Below are positions 56,228 to 64,000 of a stretch of 64,000 bases of DNA, piece after piece. Position 1 is the first letter of the stretch. Every line of letters begins with the position of its first letter. Below the pieces are notes generated by a model. The model did not search any database. It worked only from the letters and a program-made list of their open reading frames with translations, and was not told the DNA's origin. The position numbers were made by a program, and so were the translations under genes. Source of the stretch: Epithemia pelagica (taxonomy: Eukaryota; Protista; Bacillariophyta); the NCBI GenBank assembly GCA_946965045.2, contig OX337235.1:2170001-2234000 (forward strand). Reading direction: 5' to 3'.

Positions 56228-59200
56228 TCACTCTGGGGATCCATGATCATCAGTAATATCCCAAAGGACCAGACTCAACAAATGATTGCGTTTCTGTCCT
56301 CCTGGAATCACCTTGGTGGCCAAATCGGCTGGATTATGCTGCGTGGGAATATGTGTAGTCAACAATTCACCCATGGCAACGGCTTCTCTGACAGCATGAT
56401 AACAAATAGAATTGGACTTCTTCTTCAGCGATGATTCCGGCTTCGATGTGTTATGAATCACGGACATATTATCGCCATAAACATAGGTAGGACCAGACAA
56501 CGGCACTCCCATCATCCGTAATTTGTAGCGTAGTCCCCTGACGGCCTCCATGCCCGTCTTCATTGCAACAAACTCAGCTCCAAAAACGGATGTTTCGATG
56601 GTTGCTTGTCGCTTGGTATACCACATGATAGGTGCCATATTCATTAAGACGAAGAATCCAGTTCTAGATCGCCGTACCATCTTGTCACCAGCATGATCCG
56701 AGTCAACATACAGCCGCAGATCCACCTCTTTACCACGTGCCTTTGGTGCATTCGGTGGAACTGCCTCCTTTACATCACCGTAGAACTCCTTCCAATCGCA
56801 ATCTTCACGAAATTCTCGGAGATCTATCTTGGGATAGGTCGGATCAAATGCCATTCTGGCATTGTGCTTGATTTTCAAATAGGAATACATATTTAACACT
56901 GCTTCCAAATGTCCTTGTCGTGGACATGCCACTTGGGATGCTAACAATGATGTTTCGGTCATGATATCCACCCTTCCCAGTTCAACCATCCATCTAAGGA
57001 CGCCAATCTGGGACTGGTAGAACGACACCTCGTCTTCATTCAGTTGATCCGTCACGTCCAGAACTGGGTCATATTCTGATGGGAACGGAGTTGCCGCGCG
57101 TTTCGCAAGCTTGCGGCCGCCACACTCGCGTTCCAAATACGTCTCAACATTCGAAACAGCTTCTTGTACATACTTGCTCGAACTCATGGCCCAACTGACA
57201 ACGGAATTGGGCATGGTCATGGGCTTAAGCTTCGCTCCTTCCGATCGAGCCCGGCTTCATAGGGAAGAAATGATCTAACTCGTGTAACATCGCAGTCGCA
57301 TCGTGCGATATGGCCAAGACATCGTCTACGTACAGCAATACATAGGCGTAGTACTTGTGACCGTCACTCGGACGTGTCATAGGCTTCATCCACAAGTCTC
57401 GATCAGCACCCAAGCACGGATCGTACCCAAGAGTTCTCATACAACTCGCAAGGTGGTTGCGGAAACTCGCACCGGCACTCTTTAACCCATACAGTGCTCG
57501 TACAATATATGCACACTTCCCAGCGTTGGACCCGAACTCGGGGCCCAGTACAGTCCAGATTTTCTCACTGTTCGGCGCAGTTAAATAAGCATTCTTGATG
57601 TCAGACGTTTTGACCTCTAGGTCGTTGAGAGCGGCAATAGTGAGGGCAATACGAACACTTTCTCGAGATACAACACTGGCATAAGTCAATGGTGCTGGTG
57701 CCTCTGTTGCGTGTCCACCCGCTACAAACCGTGCTTTTCTCCTGAAATCTTCCATTTTTACGTCGAAAACCATGTGGCATCGGATCTCCTGGAAGCCAGG
57801 AGCTGGTTTCTCGTCGTCTTCCATCAACTTGAACGCCACTCGAACAGCTTCCATCTCTTTTTCGATGGCCTTTCGCCACAAGTCGTTGCCGTTCCTTCTG
57901 TCCAGTTCATATGCTTCGGCAACATTCTTGGGGATTTCGATCCCAAACTTGTGCGTCCGCTTGTGATAGCGGCTGTTGACGGCGGCGAGTATCCGGTCTC
58001 GTCGTCGGAGGAACTTACTCACCCACCAATCAAACGCTGGCTCGTTTTCAATCTGCTTTGCGACGGCGTACTCCGCCACTTCAATCGGATTTGATTCCTT
58101 CAGTCCGGCCAGGCGCTCCCAGGACGTTGATCCGTCGCGCCACTGGACGCACAACTCCCACCCTTTCGTCGTCTTCTTCTTGTGCTTCCGTCCTCGGACA
58201 ACAACGTGGCGGTTATCGTGGTCGACAGCGGCTTTGGTCTTGCGATGATCAACAATGCTGTCCAACAGCAAGAATTGGTTTCCTTCGGCATCGCACTGCG
58301 CATACATATTTTCCGCGATGACATTCGCAGCATACTCAGACGTCTCGCCGTCTGGAAACTCAACAACATAAACTCTCGAGTCTAGAATCGGGTTGTGAGA
58401 CGACGTCCCCTTGAGACGGCCATCGCTGGTCTTGGACCGTCTTTTCACCTTGCCCGTCACCATTGCATCACCCTTTGGCAACAAGACGTCAGCTCCAACG
58501 TAGTTGTCGTAGGTGTCTGGTGTGATTGGGGTCATCATCGTCTTCATACGCCTCGTAGGTCGGCGTTTCCACATCAACTAGACCATCGTAGTCTTCGACT
58601 TTAGCTACACTGCCTAACTTCTCGTTGACCTTGCTCGTGTAGTCTTTTCTCTTCTCTATTTCAGTCGGGTCACGGATTTCGTCGTCCGTCAGATGTCGGT
58701 AGGTCGAGCGAATCTTGATCATTCCTGACTCGGCTAAAATCTTAATTGCATGTGCGGGTCCCATGTCCGTCGCAGGACCTAGGTACCTACCCAATTTCTC
58801 CTTGTCTTCCGGGTAGTTGGCCGCTGAGTCGTAGTAGTAAACCCAGTCGTACCACCCATATCCAGCCAAGAGTGAAATGTCGAAGGTCTCCCCGTACATT
58901 GCCGTTTCCGGGACTTGACCTGACAGCTCGAAATTACTATGACATGTAGCCGATCTGATATAGGCTTCCAACTCGAGGCAATGATCCCACAACACCTTGG
59001 GAGATTTAGTAGAGACCATTTTCCGTCCGGTACCACGCTTCAACTCCCTAATTGCACTCTCAGCCGCATTTGCCCATGGAGTATAGGGCTCCAACTGTTT
59101 CACTCGACAACCAGCCTCTCTAGACTTCTTCCTGAACTTGCCCTTGACCTGTTCCGCGGCACCATCCATGATTAGTTCCGGTGGACGGCCTTCCCTCTGG

Positions 59201-61536
59201 AGCAACAGCGACAAAGCTTCGTGTGCATCGCCTTTCGAGGCCAGAGGGTACGCTCTAGTCCATCCATTCCTTGCCGTGAAGACTTGAGCACAAGTATTAC
59301 CCAGCCTAGACTTCACCTTCGAAAACATAGTGTCCGTGAATAAGGCATGAGGCAATGGCCGGTATCGGTGGAATCGGTCGTTCGTCGTGAACCTCTTGGT
59401 CAGAGGGTTCAATGTGGTACGTAGACCACGTTGCGTCGTCACTCGAAGGGTATCCGCAGCACGTTCCAATCCACATCCCCATCGACGTGCCAAAGTCTTG
59501 GCATCGATAGCTTTTCCAGAAGGGGTAGTTTGTGTAACGGAAAGAGTCGCCACGCGTGCTTGCAGAGCAGTCGCGAAGCATGCGCTTTCCGACGGTCGTG
59601 AATCGGAAAGCAAAGTCGTGAAAGGGTCATTGGGTCCCCTCGAGCGAACGGTGGAAATCGATCGTTGGAGGGCCGCTCGGGCCGACATTTCATCCCGAGC
59701 GAAAGAGTCATCTTGGGGGTCCCACGGCGGGTCGGGACTAGTCAAATCAAAGCGACGACATGAAGCATATTCGTCGGAAGTGGGGGTCCTTGTAGGGAAA
59801 TAGGAAGTGACACCACATAAATCAAGGGGTATCACAAAATCCTCATCGTCCTGATCTTTCAGGACCAGTGCGTGTGTCTTATTGTCGGGATTATCGGTCA
59901 AGAATTTCGGTTGGTCCGAAACTTGCACGTCATTCATCCACAACTGCATAGGACACAGGAGGTTGTGAGTAAGCAATGGTATATAAATGGCCTGGTTCAC
60001 GATTAGGATCAATACTTCACCGGTATCGGGGCAATCGTAAGCTAGAGCTGCAATTATAGTCTTGCAACTCTTGTGAACCACACCCTGAGAAGAATCATAT
60101 CCCTTGACATCCACAGGGCGGCCGTAGTCCTGTACAACCATCGCAGACCTTCCAACAACACACGTGTCCGCATGACTATCAAGCTCGGTACGAGACTCGC
60201 CCTCGTCGGACGTGTCGACCGCACCGACACGCACTGAGCGGACCACCGCTCATTTCCGTGACTTCTTCTGGCGGGTTAGCGCCGGATTGTCGCGATTCGA
60301 CTCGGACTTGCGCTTTGCCGCAGGCTTGGCATCATCATCGGAACTATCGGACGATGAGTCATTGCCGCTGGCTCGAGGTGGATCGCGCAATGGGGGCAAG
60401 CTCACCATTGAATTCTTCGCGAGAACGGACAGGGCAGCGATGTTCCTCTGAAACTTCTTGGAAAAGAACTTCATCTCTTTGGGCTTGCTGGAATCACCCT
60501 TGCCCGTGCGATTCTCCCGCATTTCCTTCAACTTCTTGCGCTGGGCGTGAGAAAGCTTCTGATATTCGTCTTTCTTATAATATCGGTCTTCTACGCCGCC
60601 ACTAGCCTTCCCCCCCAGACTTAGTCTTACCAGAATTAGAATCAGTCTTGGTACTGATACTCGATACTTGAGACTGACTAGCCGATGGACGCTGTGCTAA
60701 GAAATTCTTAAACAAGGAGACGGCACGAGTGAAATCGGCTTGTAGAGAATCATCCGACATGATTCATGTCTTCACCGCTTGAAATTGGTCGGTCTTGATT
60801 CCGTCCATCAGATGCCGAACCTTAGAATGGTCATCGATGCCAGGATGGACGCCCTGCTGGCGTAATCCTTCTAAGATCGCGTGCTGATTCACGTGGATCT
60901 TACAGTATTTCTCGAAGTTGAACCGTTTATGTTCACCGTTGTAACTCGTGTTCATAAGTTTCCGTTCAGCTTCGTTGGCCAAATTGTTCGCGTTGTTCGG
61001 CCCTAAGTAATGGTCAAACAAGGCTTGATAAGCCGCTCGCCCGTCGCGATTTCGGCTCGCCTTGCGGATGTAGGTCGAGCAATCCATCCGTTCACACATA
61101 GCGGACAAACGGATCCAAACCTTGGCCCGATCCTGCAAGTACTGACGGGTAAAACCGTCGTTCGGTCCGTTTCCAACACGGTGACGAGCGCGTGCAATCA
61201 TCTCGGCCTCGTCGGACTCAAATCCACCTTGCGGGTCAGCTCCGGGGAATTCGTCCGTCCGGATCACGTCTTGAGATTCATCTCGGCTAGGATAGAAACC
61301 TCAAAGCCTGGATTAGGGACAGGCGGCGGAGCTGCAACTCCTGCCGCAGCGGCAGGAGGAGCTTGGACACCACCGGGGCGACGGACGGCCTTGCAGAGAT
61401 TGGTGACGCCGTCGTCGTCCAAGTCGCGGAGGTCTTCGATCGAGGAGAGTCCTTGGCGGTCCACAACGTACTGGGATGCCGGGTTGGAGAACTGGAGGCG
61501 GATGAACGCCTGACGCATTGCAGCTGGAGCGGCCAT
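56228..61536 (-). pseudogene. Copia 2 gag-pol, broken by several deletions, one nonsense codon and a homopolymer frameshift
   Basis: PR ELDSHADTCV; IN FTDTMF..MDG..EPYTPWANAAESAIRELK; RT KARFVAGG, DIKNAYL, LYGLKSAG, YVDDVL; RH YVDSDHAG, GDNMS, NPADLATK. Breaks near 61265, 60765, 60612, 58550 and 57240. Confidence 0.9.
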
Positions 61537-62391
61537 GGTAGTCAAAACAACAATCAACTCGTAACTTCTTGAAACACTTCCTCAAAAGTGAGCTTTCCAA
61601 GACGAGTTTTGCCATGATTTTAATCCATTCCCTACGTAGAACCACTACTGGGTTGCACACAATCCTTGATTGTTGCTCAAAATCGGTCGTGCCAGACCTA
61701 ACCCACATGATCTTGGCCCTAATTGGCTAGATCCACGTAGGAGCCCGGAAAAGTCTTTTCGTTGGTTCCACAAGACACCCGAACCACGTCTAGGTATATT
61801 TTGTCCTGCAGTGGAAGGCCTCACATAGAGCTAAGCTCATGTGCTCCCGGCCAGAGGGATAACAAACCGCAAAATGTGAGACAAGTCCCAAACGGTTGCG
61901 GTGCGACACTGTACTTATTCCAAAATTCAGCACTGTGCAACAATGAGTACCCCCCCCCCCTCCGTTGAGAAGGCTGTTTCGGACACATGCCCCCATTTCA
62001 TCCACATGAAAAGTGGTCCCAGGAATATTCTCTGGACCATTTTCCCAGGGTAAAATGCGAATCACACATATAACTGGTTTTGGGATGCGTTCTGATTTCG
62101 AATTCCGCAACCATGGCGGATCTGGTTCACTGGGATGGATCCAGTAGGGAAGACCGTCGCCATTCCCCCAATCTGCGCACCTTTTCGCAGACAACGGTAG
62201 CGCCAAACGATAGTAACGTACCATTATCATTGTGCCTGCACGAGCCCATTCACAGGTGCAATCGGTCAACCAATGAGCCCCAACAGTTGGGTTATATCTG
62301 TCGGTTTGCCTTACCGGCTTGGGCATGACGCCAACGATCGCAGCCATCTGTCCAGGCATTGGACCGTCTACTTCCATGTTGTCGGCCAGTT

Positions 62392-62405
62392 TGGGTCTGA
62401 TAAAC
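62392..62405 (-). promoter_or_regulatory. Primer-binding site of Copia 2 (GTTTATCAGACCCA)
   Basis: Abuts the 5' LTR; identical to the Copia 1 PBS. Confidence 0.85.
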
Positions 62406-62558
62406 TAAGAAAACCCGTCCGTTGGGCATACGGAGCACCGTCATGGGTGCACGGGTACAAATGTCATTCCAAACAAAGAAGTGAACTAAAATATAGGTTA
62501 CAGAGTCACTACTCCCTATCTTCTCGATTTTCATACGTACGACATACATACTTTCTTA
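62406..62558 (-). repeat. 5' LTR of Copia 2
   Basis: Direct repeat of 55946-56098. Confidence 0.95.
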
Positions 62559-62857
62559 GCTCAGCTGCACGTGTGCCGCCGTTGGATGAACTTCGTTTTC
62601 GGGAGCTTACCTCCATACCCCATACCCGACTTACTTATTTATTTGGCCTGTTGTTGAGACCTTCTGGCAAGACGGCAGTTCGCAGCCTCTGGTTCTGGTA
62701 GTCGAAGAGCCTATCGCTATGAGTGGGTATTGTAGATTGAAAAAAAAAACTGGAAATCTATTATAACGCTGCCGCACGCACCACGCATGATGACGCCGAC
62801 CGACGCGCCGGGCCTAGAAAACTAGGCAAGGACTAAATAGGGTAGCTTGAGAGGAGC

Positions 62858-64000
62858 TCAAGCTAGTCCAGCATAATGAAGGATGACGGGACGCCATGTG
62901 TTGAGCCAGGTATGTAGTTGTGTGGATGTGGTTTCGTAAGGGAAATGTGTTGCTGTGGAATCATAAAAGAAGGTGCGGTCAGCCGGAGGAACAGACGGTT
63001 GTAAAAGATACAACTCGACAATCTCGCGGCGGGCCTGGTTAAGAGCGGCGGCTTCTCGGGTGGGAGCATTATGGCCATGAACATCAAGGTTACGACGTGT
63101 CCACAGGTTGTGTACATGTTGCCATATGATTTTGATAGTACCGCAAATAGAACGGTGACCAGAAAACTTGATAGGATTCAGTTCATGGGTAGAAACGAAA
63201 GCATCTTGGAGACGGATCCAGTCTTTAACAAAACGACCAAAGAATACTTGATCCCAGCCAACGAGTGTTTGGCGGGTAATCAAGACCTGATATTGAGGAG
63301 GTACAGTTGGGAGAACAATTGGGGTATCAGCTAGCCAAAGGCGCATAACTTCACGGAGAATGGTAGCAAGGCATGGATCAAATGAGTTCTCAGTCCAGAA
63401 CGAATTGAGTTCATCAAACATTGGACCGGTCCAATTCCGTCTAGATGGGCAACGAAGAAAGTGGGAGCGGTTTTCTGGAATGGTTGGACAATTAGGGCAC
63501 ATACACGTGTAGTGGGTTGCGTAGTGTTGTTTGAGGGTACCGACTGGCAGCCAGTTGTGAACATACTTGGTGAGAAAGTGGCGGCGGTGGAAGTTGGCGC
63601 GTATAACGGAACCGTGTGTATCCCAGCAAATCAAATCAAAGACTGCTGGTGACCAATGATGTTTTGTTTGCAGGTACTCGGTAATCACCGGATCGCTTGA
63701 GAGACGGCGTAGAGTGCTTCTGTAGTTAGAAGTGATGGTCCCAGAAGGGCCATGTAACGCGGCAACAGTGCCAGTAATAAGTGGGCAGAACCGTGACGAG
63801 AGGGTCGAGGGGTAACAGTAATCGCCAGCTAAGCGGTCGGCTTGTACATTCAACTGGGCTTCGAGAGAGAGTGTCTCATATGGATGATAACGATCTTGAT
63901 GTGCTTTGACATGACTGAGCGGAGGAATCGAAGGAAACTGACGCAACGTGTAAATGATCGACTGGTGCAAGTCCCAGTCAGGATCCATTGTTGAGTAGGG
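62858..64000 (-). mobile_element. 3' part of a non-LTR retrotransposon ORF (RNase H end plus C-terminal zinc motif), truncated by the window edge
   Basis: LSHVKAHQD..EAQLNVQADRLA (RNase H-like), CPNC....ENRSHFLRC, GWDQVFFGRF...W and W..RN..VH motifs; frame open to the edge. Confidence 0.75.

Larger units (their letters stand above)
55946..62558 (-). mobile_element. Ty1/Copia LTR retrotransposon 2 (CoDi-like), decayed, with TA...TA LTRs
   Basis: 153-bp LTRs (2 mismatches); PBS 62392-62405; PPT GAGGGGGAC; 4-bp TSD GCTC (55151-55154 and 62559-62562) once the nested MITE is removed. Confidence 0.95.

Overview
Eukaryotic nuclear DNA, almost certainly from a diatom or related stramenopile. The evidence is short GT-AG introns, bipartite signal+'AF' plastid presequences and CoDi-like Copia elements. 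About 18 host genes are present: a hidden UxxC selenoprotein (TGA read as Sec, split by an intron), homogentisate prenyltransferase, a double-domain aspartyl protease, phosphomannomutase, RAD54 with a bromodomain-like region and zinc finger, a WW protein, a CCCH-Smr protein, two convergent mucin-TM-PDZ paralogues, STIMATE, an LHC-like protein, three tandem disordered paralogues sharing a GCAW motif, GT8, SMYD and a frameshifted ZIP transporter. Mobile DNA comprises two divergent Copia LTR retrotransposons, two copies of a TA-flanked MITE, a TAA-flanked MITE nested in an LTR tip, and the 3' end of an RNase H-bearing LINE. The most striking signal is shared by both Copia elements: (i) gag and pol in frame across a single UGA followed by strong RNA stems, (ii) an identical 14-nt primer-binding site matching a tRNA-Ile(GAU) anticodon arm rather than a tRNA 3' end, and (iii) 4-bp target-site duplications. 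One element also has TA...TA LTR ends. All calls were made by eye from the sequence; no database searches were run.
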